NCBI GenBank assembly: GCA_021432655.1 | Contig: MU271403.1 | Location: 1-64,000, forward strand | DNA length: 64,000 nucleotides | Source of the DNA: Atractiella rhizophila | Lineage: Eukaryota | Reading direction: 5' to 3' | Shown here: in pieces, positions 36,829 through 49,019 of the stretch | Position numbering within the stretch: position 1 is the first letter of the stretch | How the letters are laid out: each line of letters starts with the position of its first letter | Notes under the pieces: generated by a model | The model's database searches: none | Told to the model about the DNA's origin: nothing | What the model saw: only the letters and a program-made list of their open reading frames with translations | Translations under genes and position numbers: made by a program

Positions 36829-39223
36829 ATGGAAGGTCAATCAAGGGCCCGGGCATGCAATGGTAAGTGTTCTACTCACATTGACGGTCTCTGACAGTCA
36901 AGTAGTCTGCCGTAAGCGGAAGATTGCCTGTGATGGTGATGGGAAAAACCCTTGTCAGTATCGCTCAACCTCCTCTGGACAAATCAAACTCACAAGAGCT
37001 CACATCCTACGTGCCTTGATAGGTGGACCGTGCTTCCACTTTAACAACACGAAGTCTTCCCGCCGTGATGTGGTCAAGTTCAAGTTCGTCGAGGAAAATG
37101 GGGAGGTGTTATGCACTTACGCTAAACCGTCTAAAAGACGTCGTTCTCCTCAGGCTTCACATGGAAGCGATATGATGGGATTGACGGAAATAGACGTGAA
37201 TCCTGATATTGAGGACAACAGAAAGTTCGAAGAACTAGAGCGCAGGTTTGGTTTGTCGGCTTTTCCTCTGTTCGAGCGCTGGAGCCGTTCACCTTCTCCC
37301 CACAGAAGAATTGCGGTTCCAGTTTCTTCGAGAAACATCTCGCCCATTGCTGGGTCTGGATCAGCTTCAAACCAACACCTCAGGTCCGTTCTGGCCCACT
37401 TCAAACATTCCACTTGCCCCTTCTAATCAAACGTGGCGACGTCCAGGACATCGACAAAGCTTCTGTTTACCTCCCTCCCAACTTCTCTGCCCTCTGATAG
37501 AAGAAGCTTTCAGGTCGCTATTTATTCTACCATCTATCCTGTCTCTCCCACATGTCGCATCAATCGCGGACAAGGATCCAGAATACCTCCCACAGCCGAC
37601 TGTATTGCTTCTACATGCTCTTTGCCTCATTGGAGCTTTTAACATGGGTTGGGACAAGCTGAGATTGCTCCTATCGGCCCATCCGTGCTATTCCAACACC
37701 ACATACTCTCGTCAAGAAGCGATTGCTCACAATTTCAGAGGGACTGAAGAGGATCACCATTGTCTAGGCGGCAATTGCTGTTCTGCGTCTCTTTATCGAA
37801 AATATATATATTTTTCGAACGACAGTGATTCGCCCAGCGAGGAAGAAGAAGTTCGGCAACGGATCTACATCCACCATTCCATTTTCATCGACCAGCACTT
37901 TGGCCGCACTTTAGAAGAAGCCAGCTACGGGTTAGAGAGTGTAGCTAAAGCAGGGTTGTTAGTCGCCTTGTATTGGAGTCAGTGTCAATACAATTTAGGA
38001 CGAATATGGAGGTTAAAAGTGTTGCGCGTTTGGTACGCCGTATTTCTCAACTCGGCAAGGTAACCTGGAATGACCCTGAGGTAGTACGATGCTTGGTTGG
38101 AATAAAGAGGACGCTTTAAAGAGATATGCTCCTCTGGAAGAACGACAAAGTGCAAATCTTATTTTTCATAGTGTCGAGCTGATTTATTATGATGGTAGTA
38201 AAATTACCTTTTGGTTCGCTTATGCATGGGATGCCCACATTGCGATCATACACGACGAGAGTCCTTTCATCCCTCTGGGTAAGCCTCCGTTCAGATTATG
38301 GATCGTTATCATGAGGTATATAGATGATATCACCGCCCAACTTCCTTCGTCCGAAATCTGGGATGAAGACGAGTCAGTAGGAGCCCACGACCTTTCTCGT
38401 TTGGAAGACCGGTTTACGGCTTTGGAGCCCATGCAGATCTTCCTGGAATGTGCCATTCTTCCCATTAGAGTCTTCGGGTTCTGGTGTCAGCTCAAGGTCT
38501 CAAAAATTTGGGAAGCTTCGAAGGACTTGGTAGCCGACGTAGAAAACGAGTACGTCCTTTTGTAGTGCTTCCCTGTGATATTCATCAGTCGTGATACATC
38601 CGTTTGACAGCCCCCAGTTTCTCCGACTTGCAGACGCCTGCGAGCGATACCAACGGTCGTTTCCCACCTTCCTTCTGACCGAGCTGTCGTCTAGCTGCCA
38701 ATCGACAAATTTCTCCCTTGCGGACCTCTCCACCCGAGATTTTCTCTATGCTGCGCAATGCGCGCTGTCCACAGCTACTATTCTGCTTCACGCTCCCATT
38801 CCATCAAGAAGTCATTATCCCGCCGCTCATAACGGGCTCACCTCGTCGTCCGAAAAGAGTTTACAAGCCGCGCAAACGGCTCTGTCTCTTTTGCCTCTCT
38901 TTAAGAGGACCATAGAAGAAAGAAGACACTGGACGAACATCTTCTGTCCCCTCTTTGGAATGTCGGGCAAAGTGGTTTTCCGCGCATTGATTGTCATGAA
39001 ACGTGCGCTTGCGTTTGACGAAGGAGAACAGGAGCGGATCAAGTTGAGAGCTTTAGAGGAGAATTTTCAGCTGCAAGTGCAACAGTTGAAGGAAATAACG
39101 AAGAATTGGAGGATCATTGCCCCCACAATCATTCCCATGTTGAGATTGATGGAGACGCCGGAGGCTTGTTTAGCCGAAGACTTTGACCTTTCGAGAGCTG
39201 GTATGTTCGGACATCATGGTTAA
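36829..39223 (+). CDS. Zn(II)2Cys6 fungal transcription factor (multi-exon)
   Basis: Spliced N-terminus RACNVCRKRKIACDGDGKNPCGPC...CTY, and a fungal TF middle-homology-like segment (EER...FWFAYAWDAHIA). Internal exon boundaries are uncertain. Confidence 0.8.
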
Positions 39224-39868
39224 CCGCATTATGGAACCGGAAGCAACTTTGATTCACGAAGAGCTAAAGCGAGTGCAATTTGTTCAATCGTGCTACCACT
39301 ATGCTGAACTTCGACTTGGGTATCTTCTCATGCTGCAAGGTGTTAGAGAATTTTATCATTCCCATTGTAACGTTTCCCTAATGAAGCTGTCGCAAACTTG
39401 AAGCCAGAATTTTGATACGATAATCACTTCTGAGGTGCTAGTTTCTTTACCTCTTGTGTAGCAGTCCAAGGCGACTTATTCTGCAGCTCAACTCACTACC
39501 AGCGGTTATCCTGGAGTAATTGCGTGGTTGCACCATGTCTCTTTTGTCCCATCAAGCTTGAAATCTGGATTAAGGTCTTTATCATGAAGGGTCGGCTTTA
39601 GCGCACCGAGCTCGCTCTCCTGCATTCCTCCCCGCTCCGCCGAAGTTGTTCCCGACTCCGCTCTGAGTGGAGGAAGAGCGCAACGAGACCAGAATGGAGA
39701 ATGAGGGAAGCAAGTTGCGTTCAATCACCGCCTACCTTCTCATCACCATCGGCAGTTCGGCTCCAGCAGCTTACAATGGGAGCAAGCCTCACCGGACCGT
39801 GTGAAGGTGGAATATAAAAGGCTTTCGTTCGTCATGACTTTCGTTCGTCAAGTCAAGACAGCTTCGTC

Positions 39869-41240
39869 ATGGCCATCACTTATATCCACTCTGTCCTCCT
39901 TTTTGATGGTATTCATTTCTACCACAACAGCACCGTAATCTTTTCAGCCCAGACAAAGACCATAAGTTCTGTTACACTTGGCGCTCGCATCCCTCCTCCC
40001 AAAGGTGCAACTATCGTCGATGGAACTGGCCACACCCTCCTCCCCGGTCTCATTGACGGTCACATCCACGTTCAATCCGTTCTCGAGGGTACGGCGAAGA
40101 TTGATCCTCTCGAAGTCCTCAAGTCACCTCTGAGATGTGGGGTCACAACTGTTTGCGATATGCATTCGTCGCCCAAGGACGTGAAGAAGCTTCAGGCTGC
40201 TGAAGCTCACGAGACGGAAAATTCGAAGAGTGGTGGAGGAGTGACAATGGCGAATTTGAAGAGCTGCCTTTATGCAGCTACCATCGAAGGAGGTTGGCCA
40301 AAACCCATAGTTCTAGCTGGTCATCTGACAGAAGAGGTCCGTCAACTTTATTCCAATGTAATCCGGTTCCTAAAGATACTTTCAGCAAATAAAAGAAGTG
40401 AAAGAAGACTGGCCTTCCGTGTCGCAATCGTCTGCTGTCGATTTTGTGAGGCAAACCAAAGCGAATGGCGCCGACTACATCAAGTTGATGCAAGAAGACT
40501 GTCGATCTCTTTCCTTCCCTCCCGTTCCTAGCGCATCCATTGAACTTCAAACCGCCCTCGTGAACGCTGCCCATGAAGAAGGCATGATAGCAGTCGGCCA
40601 CGCAATTTCACTTTCTAGTACTGAGTTACTTCTCACAGCTGGAATCGACGGTCTCACTCATACCTTCTGTGATCAAGCACCAACGAAGGAAATAGTGACA
40701 CTTTACAAGGAAAAGAACGCCTTCGTCATCCCTACACTTACCAACCTTGCTAGCATGTGCGGAGTAGAGCAAGAGCTCAGGGATCGGTTCGCTGATATCG
40801 CAGAGAGGAAATCCCTCCTTCACCCTCAACTTTCAAATATCCTACGCGCTTCCATGGGCCTAGCGAAGAAGACGGCGAGCGTGGAATACGCTTACGAATC
40901 TGTCAAGCTCCTGAAGGCAGCAGGAATAGACATTGTCGCTGGAACGGACGCAGTAACGGGTATTCAAGGTAGTGCCTTAGGTCCTGGCTTGTGGATGGAG
41001 ATGGAGATGTACGCCTCAAAAGTGGGAATGAGTACGGAGGAGGTACTAACTTCTGCGACGAGCGCTGGTGCGAAGAGGTTTGGATTCACAGATCGTGGGG
41101 CGGTGAAAGTGGGAATGAGGGCGGACCTTGTTCTTGTGAAGGGAGATGTTCAGCAGAGTCTAGACGCAATTTGGGGCGGGGAGAAAGGAGAACAAGAGGG
41201 TATTGTGGCGGTATGGAAACAAGGGGTTAAGGCGACTTAG
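39869..41240 (+). CDS. Metal-dependent amidohydrolase (imidazolonepropionase-like family), 2 exons
   Basis: VDGTGHTLLPGLIDGHIH (HxH), GVTTVCDM, GADYIKLM, AVGHA, DGLTH, IVAGTD and GAVKVGMRADLVLV. Confidence 0.92.
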
Positions 41241-41426
41241 ACTTGTCAGACTCCAAAGGTTACGAATATTCTCAATGATGAACCCTTTTACTACTGAAGG
41301 GAAACGCACCAAGCAGTGAAGAGAACAAATCGTATTATCTAAGCGATAAAATGATATACATTATGGACATTGCAAAAGCTATCGATCATCAAACCCTCCC
41401 TTCTTTGGGGTTCCTGCAACCATATT

Positions 41427-42360
41427 TCAATACTCCTCTCCACTAGTCCACCCTTCTTCCTTCTTACCGCTCCTTTCTCTGTCCTCTCCCCTCCTCCCTC
41501 CTCTCCTCTCAGAATCTCTCCTCTCAGGATCACTGTGGCTATGAACATGATCATGCCAAGAATGACCAAATCCACGTCTTCCTCGCCTGCCTCCATATCC
41601 GAAAGGTCTCCCACCAAAGTGAGGATGCGGATGGTGAGGATGCGGTCCAAAAGGAGGTGGAGGAGGAAACATGCCCATCATGTGATGGGGGAAAGGCGGA
41701 AAGGGAGGGTGGGGGTGGCTTCCACTCGGTGCTCCAGGTCCTCCAAAAGGAGGATGATGAGGATGAGGAGGAAAGTGAGGATGTTTCCCACCATGCGGCG
41801 ATCCTGGTGGGTGGCGGGGTGGTGGTGGTGGAGGAGGGAGGTGATGAGGAGGTGGCAAAGTTGGGGACCCAGGAGGAGAGGGACAGCAGGCGCACGGGGG
41901 TGGAAGTGGAAAGGGAGGAGGCCTGAAAGGAGGGAAACCGTGATGTCCCGGGAAAGGAAGTGGCAGCTGAAATTCGCCGGCGGTGGGAGATGCGACTGTG
42001 CCCCTCTCCTTATCTTCGAAGATGACGAGCTGAAACCTCCTTATTTGCGAGGGACCCTGCGCATACAATTCATGCAGTTCCGCAGTCGAAGACCTGAATT
42101 CCCCCAAAATAATATCGGTCAGACGGGGTGGCAAAGGAGAAAAGATATGCGTACACAGTGATCGTATCGCCTTCATCGTCGACATAGCTCAATCCCAACT
42201 CTTTCCCATCCTCGATCCCAAATCTGGCCCTGAGGACTATGACCAATGCCTTCCACTCCATCTGCATACCATTATGGAGTTCGATCTTCCTCGTGATCTC
42301 TCCCAAGGTGATCTTGAGCGTGGTCGTGGTATAACTCGACATCCTCGTTCCTTCCAACAT
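41427..42360 (-). CDS. PB1-domain protein with His/Pro/Gly-rich low-complexity tail (2 exons)
   Basis: TLKITLGEITRKI (basic K) and the acidic OPCA motif LSYVDDEGDTITV/SS, spliced into the HP-rich ORF. Start at 42360 or 42342. Confidence 0.72.
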
Positions 42361-43229
42361 GAAAATCAAACGACGCCACAAAAGACGACTTTTGGAAGTG
42401 AGGAGAGAATCTGTGAAAGTGGAGGCGAGAAGGGTTATATAGTTTTTAGAACCTCGCGCAGTGACAGGCTCGACTCGCAGCTTGACTCGCTTCGGAGCTC
42501 GTAGGCCAACACGTAGGCTACGGAATATGACTGCGCTCTACCCACGCTTGCTGCGATCCGGTCTGCGCTCTGCTGCTGGACGCGATGGGATCACTGAGAT
42601 CACTGCGCTACCCATCCTTTGTGCCCAAACGAACTGGACGACATGTTTGGCATTGCATTGCTCATTCCTCCGATCGAACGATAACTGCGAGAGATCGTTC
42701 CCTACGTTTTCCATCGGGCGGCTCGTTCGTCGCCCACGTTGGAAACATGGCTTCCTCTCGTTGAGGTATTCGTTAAGGTATAAAGGCTGACATACGTTCG
42801 TTCGAACAAGATTAAGTCGTCGGTGAGTCATATGTGCCTTTGTAAATGAAATGACACGCACAGGAGACCAAAAGAAAGGCTTCCAAAATGAACATAATTA
42901 ATTAGATCATCCTCTATTGGTCATAGCGGAGAAATCAACTGGAAATGTCTCGTTTCATGGTCGGGCTAGTGTTGAAATGATTGGCAATGTAGCAAAGGAG
43001 AATGGTCTTAAACAGCTAATAGTGGAGGGGAAGCGTGTTTCAACCCACTACTGTTCAAGCTGACAGGCTTAGACAGTTATTCTGACGAATAGAACAGGAC
43101 CTTGAAATTAAGATCAACGGTAGACAAATACATTATGGAGAAAACTGTGCTGGAGATTAACATATAAACAACCGACGTTCGAATTTCAATACTCACCAAC
43201 AAAATCTAGAGCATGAAAAGGAGGAAACA

Positions 43230-43912
43230 TCAATCGAGCAACTCAGCCACGCTCCAATCCTCCCAACTTCCATCGGGCAGGAACCTCCTCACGATCAACG
43301 GGATCTTCTTCTGCGCCAACTCCTTCATCGCAATTTCCAGAGGGTCTGACTCGCCTTCTAGTGCAACGAGGACGGGTGCGTTCATGCTTCTCATTCGCAA
43401 TCAAGGCATACGCGGTGAAGAATGGAAAATAGAAAATGGAAATAGAAGAAGCATAGAGAAGAGACATCAACTCCAATTCTGATCTTGGAGAGAAGAGAGG
43501 ACGGACCTGATTTGCAATGCCCTCGTACCAAGTATTCGAGCCCTCTCATACTTCGTCATATAAGGCGTAGTCATCCTCACTTTGCTCTCTTCCTTCGGAT
43601 CCTGTGCCGCATCTAAATCCCCAGAATTGATGATGCCATCCATCTCTCCCCTCGTTCCGTTTGCAGCATTGTCGTCGGCACCTTCCCCAGCGTATTCCTC
43701 GTCGAGGGGACGATCATCCATGTCCTATTCCATGACAGAATGGAGTGAATGAGCGGGAGAGCTGGATGGAGGGCTTGAGTACTTCGTATTGATACCTATT
43801 GCCGTTATAAAGCTTACTTAGCTCTGGAAAGAGGAAAGAGAGTGAGGAAGACGAACCCATCGTCGTCTCCTCCCCTATAGTCGTCGTGGTCCGCATATCC
43901 ACCGTCTGACAT
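43230..43912 (-). CDS. RPB6: RNA polymerase I/II/III common subunit Rpb6
   Basis: [67 protein letters not shown], with an acidic N-terminus. Confidence 0.97.
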
Positions 43913-44093
43913 ATTGCCACAATTCTTCTGCCTTCCTTACTCTCAAACAATGAAATTTATGCAATGGTCGTTTTGTTCACTAGGTGGCAAAAGTTGTTTG
44001 AGCGAACTAAAGTGAGACTAGAGGCCAGCGCGTATCATTGCATTACATTATCTCCCTGACACTCCAACCCAACCAGCACAGGAAACACGCACG

Positions 44094-47000
44094 ATGTCAG
44101 ACTCAGACCCATTCGCCGACTTCTCCTCCTTCGGCCTCTCATCCGTCCTTTCCTCCGTCGACCCCTCCCTCCTCGCCTCCACCTCAGGCCTTGGGTCTCT
44201 CCTGGGCAAAGGGCCCGGCGGAGGGCTCGAGGATGTGGAGATGGAAGAGGGGGTATATGTGGACGAGGAGGGGGAGATGGACGTCTCTTCTCCCGGGTCA
44301 CACGTGCAGAAACCACCTCGTTTCCCTGCTCTGGCACCCGAAGGCGATGTCCTGTCAGTAGATGGAGAAGGAGAGGGGGAGGGAGAGGACGGCGCAGAGT
44401 CTCGAATGGTGGTGGACGAGAAGAGGAAGAAGAAACAAGAACAAGACGTCACCGTTTACTTTCCCGATTTCGCACCTGACAAGATCCTCAACTTCACAGA
44501 CCTCTTTGGTCCTAGGATCCATCTTCCTCTTTTTGGAGAGGAAGAAGAGGAGGATGCGGAGGAGGAAGAGGAGGAGGAGTTTGGTTTTGGAGGGTTGGGT
44601 GTTGATGAGGAATTCGATGAGGCTGAGTGGGAACGGTGGAGGGAGAGGAAGAGGAGGAGAGTCGTGGATGAGAGCCGTAATCGTGAGTTTTCGCTCTACG
44701 GTTTTGATAAGGTGATTCGAGGAACTTGTTTCAAGCGAAAGAGCTGGATGCGAGGAGGCGTCTCGCGACTGGGCTACCTTGTTCAGTGGCAGCTAGAATT
44801 GCGCATGTTACCGTGTAGCGTTGTCAGCTCCTTCTCTCCTCTTCGATACATACCGCGTTTGTCAGACCGTGTACGTAGCGGCTATCCTTTCTACTAATGA
44901 TGGGAACTCCCGGAACACTGTCCTTTTGCTATTCGCTTTCCAATTGATGGTGGATTATAAGTCTTCCTTCTAACGGTGGGGTTGGATTTAAAGCTCCCAC
45001 ATCTGCGTTGGCGCGTCACCTCTCACTGAAAGAAATGAGAATTAACCAGACGCGCCGCGTACTGGTATATCTTATCGCAGCCGACAACTGAATTGAGGCG
45101 TCGCCATCTTTCATCTAAAAGTCGCTACGGCGTAGTCTATCTAAAATGAGAGAAGTAGACGAGGAAAGCGCCAGTTTGATACCTCAATAGGCCACTGCCT
45201 TTGCTTGACCTTGTTGTACAAAGGCTCTACTGTGTATTGCCAGGGAGAAATAAAACCTCCATATTTAGAGGCTAGTGTGCCCAAAGCATAGAGGATTTGC
45301 GCAGGGAACGTCTGTCTTGGGATTGACGATGAACATGCGCGCCTCCAAAGTTTCAAACCTAACCTTTCGCGTTCTCTTTCGCTTTACAAGATGGCTTGAG
45401 CGTGGGCGTCGCGAAATTTAAGACGAAGACAGAGAGGACACGAGCTGAAATAAAATTGACTCGACCCGTCGATACTAATTGTCTGATATTGGATAGCCGA
45501 ACTTCTTACTGGGTTGACCGATCCAACACCAGCGCAGTCCACAAGAGACATACTCTCCAGACGTGGTCGCTACATCCCTACCAAGCGACAACTCCTCAAA
45601 TCCAACTTCTTCAATGCTCCAGCAACAACCTCACGAGTCATCGATCTCACGAATAGCGAATTTAGTCTTCCAAACACCAAAGACGCAGAAGGAAAGAACG
45701 CGAAAGCTGACGCGAAGAAAGTGGTACAAGAAGAAACGCACGATGGTGGATACGGTGATTTGATGAGGGAAAAAAACATACGACGCAAGGAGGAGCTCAG
45801 GGTCCGAAACGAGATCGAGCGGTTAAAGGACGAAAGTGGCGCTCAGTGGACGTTGCCGGGATTCGAGGACTTATGGTCGAACGGAGAACTACTCTCTCAC
45901 AACGTCGCCGAGGTTGAAATGGAAGATTGGGAATCGCAGATAGCCTGGTCCAAATCGTCTAGCTCGTTTCGGACGGCCGAAGAACGAGTAAAAGATGTCC
46001 TCAGCTCAACTAATCCTTTGTTGGATGTTCTACCATGGGAAAATTCGATTATTTGGGACCGCCGTTTACCTTTTACGCCTTTTTCCAACCTTGAGCTGAA
46101 CCTCAATGACCCATCTCTGTTCCTTGGTCTATCTTCCGTTGACGCATCGACCCAACAATCTGCCATCGCTGCACCGAGAGTCAAGAGCCTCAGAGGAGCT
46201 GAGAGGGAGACAGACAAGTTCAACCTCAGCAACGATAAAGTCTACGAGGCGTCGAGAGAATGGGCAAAGAGTCTGGCGATGCTGGAGAAAGGCGGGAGAT
46301 ATGGTGCCATTCGCCAAACCCTGGGAAATCTGGACATCGAGCACTCCTATGTGGCCGAGAAATTGCAGCTTCCATGGGTACGTTTTGCTTCGCATCATGT
46401 GCAAGTCGTGACAGTTCTGTGTGTCAGTACAAAGCTCGTCTTACAAAGGCGGAATGTCGATCTTTCCATCGTCCTGCTCTCCAGTTCCCTCTCAATGTTG
46501 CACTCAACTTTTCTCGTTGTCGCCCACTCAAATTCGAGAAAGGCGGAGGAAAACGAAAACGCTTTCGAGCGAACACGTCGATGCAACGCGCAGGTGGGAA
46601 AGATGGCTTGTTAAACAAGTCCAAGTATCTCACCCTGAAGGACACCGGCAACTTCATCCTTATGGAATACAGCGAGGAGTACCCGATGATGATGAGTAAC
46701 TTCGGAATGGGAAGCATGGTCGTCAATTACTACCGAAAGACATCAGAAGGAGACGAGACAGTCCCACAGGTGAGTCTGTGACGGCAAAATAACGTATTGG
46801 GTTGACCCGCGATGTTAACAGCTTGAAATTGGGGAGCCATTTGTTTTGGACGTCAACGACGAAAACCCTTTCATGCGCTTTGGATCTGTCGAAGGTGGAC
46901 AGACGGTTCCGACGTTGTACAACAACATAATTCGAGCGCCTCTGTTTCGTCACACGGCGTATTCAACAGACTTCCTTGTGGTTCGGTGCGTAAACTTCTT

Positions 47001-48684
47001 GACCTTTTGGCAGTTGTTGTAAGAGATTTTGCAGAGCTACGCACGGCGCAGAGTCCCGCTACTACATACGCGAGATCAAGCACCTTTACGTCGTTGGCCA
47101 AACGTATCCTATGAAAGAGGTTCCGGGCCCAAACAGCAGGAAGGTGACAAACGGCTTCAAGGATCGCCTGAAAACTATTGCATTGCGACTGCTGAAGAAG
47201 CATCAGACGGATAGCCTGAAAATTAGCAAATTTATGAAGTATTTTCCTGACCAGAAGGAGATGCAGATGCGAAACAAGCTCAAGGTGCGCTGGTTGCAAG
47301 CTGTGTTCCAGCTGCTGATTCATAACGGCGATGGATGCAGGATTTCATGGAGTATCATCGCAAAGGCACCAATCAAGGCCAGTGGCGCTTAAAACTGGGT
47401 CAAAGATTCGACGAAGCAGAGCTGTCAAAACTGGAAGGCAACAATCCTGAGTTTGTTTGTCTTCTCGAATCGATGCAGGTTGGTCAGCGTCATCTTCTTG
47501 ATGTCGGGTTCTCTGCGAACGATATGGACGAAAAGGAAGGGGAGGAGCGTGAGGGGGAGAGTCAGTTAAGCCCTTGGATGTTGAGCAAGTGGTTTTTGGC
47601 AGCAACGCAATCGAAGTCCATGGTGAAACTTTATGGGGAAGGAGACCCAAGCGGACGAGGAGAGGCATTTAGCTTCGTCAAGGTCCGTGATTTGAGTCTC
47701 TCCAATAAATTAGGTTCATTGTGCTCTAGGGAGCTCCGAACCTAGGTGATCATGCCAAAGGGGCTCGCCAGGCTGGGAATCAACAACAACTATATCGAGC
47801 TGAGATTGAGCGCATTTGGAAAGCTCAGTTTCGCTCCCTTTCGGATACACTGGAGCCTCAGTTGATTGAGGAAGAGGAAACTCGTCCTCGAGCAGGGCCT
47901 AGTCGTCGAACTACCTCTATGGGAGTCGGTACACCAAACAGCAACGCCGGAACACCGCTACCATATGACTATCCTAGCGTGGGCAGCCGAGAAGGAAGTC
48001 CTGAGCGATACGATGGCGGTGGCAGCCCTAATGTTGGTAGAGGTCAAGATGGAACAAGTGATGGAAAGATTCTGAAGATCAGGCGATGGGTACGCTCCTC
48101 CTTTTGGTTTTGACTCTTAGCTAACGCCATTCAGGTCGATGGAAAACTGATCAAGGAAACCATTCGAGATCCCTTTGTTATCAACGCCTACAAGAAAGAG
48201 CGGGAAGAGATAGAGGAGGGACAGGAAGCGGAGACATACAACCCCACTGAAGACACTGAGAAGAATAAAACCATGAGGAGGAGGTGAGGAACGCAAGCAT
48301 TGTCTTACAACCGCTGATCCCTCTTCTAGGATACAAGAACAGCTTACTAAGATGAAGAGGAATCAAGAGCGCAGGCTGTTGCGGCGCCGTCAAATTGAAG
48401 CACGGGAAAGCGGTGCGCCGATCCCAAGTGGTCGACAGAAGACGAAGGAATCGAGTCGAAAATGTGGCCATTGTGGAGGCGTTGGTCACATGAAGACAAA
48501 CAAAAAATGCCCTCTTTGGGCAAAATATAATCTCACGGACAACGTTGCGGGTTCCTCCATGCCGTCCCCAAGTCCTGCGTTGGCAACTCCATTCATGAGC
48601 GGTCCACCTCTCGTCGCATCTCCACCTGCAGGGACACCGACAGCTATGTCGCCGGCAGGAATGACGCCTGGGTCTCACTACTGA
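44094..48684 (+). CDS. TAF1: TFIID subunit Taf1 (DUF3591 + C-terminal zinc knuckle); intron 1 = 44683-45496
   Basis: DKFNLSNDKVY, RSFHRP, LMEYSEEYPMMMSNFGMGSMVVNYYRK, TLYNNIIRAPLFRH, EVPGPNSRKVT, GEGDPSGRGEAFSFVK and CGHCGGVGHMKTNKKCP. Confidence 0.95.
44725..45390 (+). ncRNA. Candidate large structured intronic RNA of unknown class
   Basis: Several nested perfect long-range helices and local hairpins inside an 814-nt intron (detailed in findings). Confidence 0.5.
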
Positions 48685-49019
48685 GCTAGATGTTTCCTCC
48701 CTTTTTGCAGTTGATATTCATGTAACAACAAGTAGCAACCATCTAGTTTGTGCATCAACTTCGCAATCTATATTATTGTTATCCCCTGCAGACGCGTCGT
48801 CCAACAGGTCCTGTCGATTGCGAGCTTGAACACTTATTCGTATTATCATTACACGATTTGATGGACATCAAGACTTTGTGAAATCGGAAGGGATAACTAT
48901 AACACCATGAAAGCACATGCAGGTGGTGGCAAAGCGAACGTCGAATCTATCAAATCGCCTAGAAAGGTACGGAAAAATCAGAAACGACTACGAATGGTGG
49001 TACTCTGGGAACAACGGAA

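Noticed and set aside
44846..44854. ATACATACC resembling the U1 snRNA 5' end
   Set aside because: Mismatch in the splice-site-pairing sequence, and no 70K-binding loop or Sm site seen.
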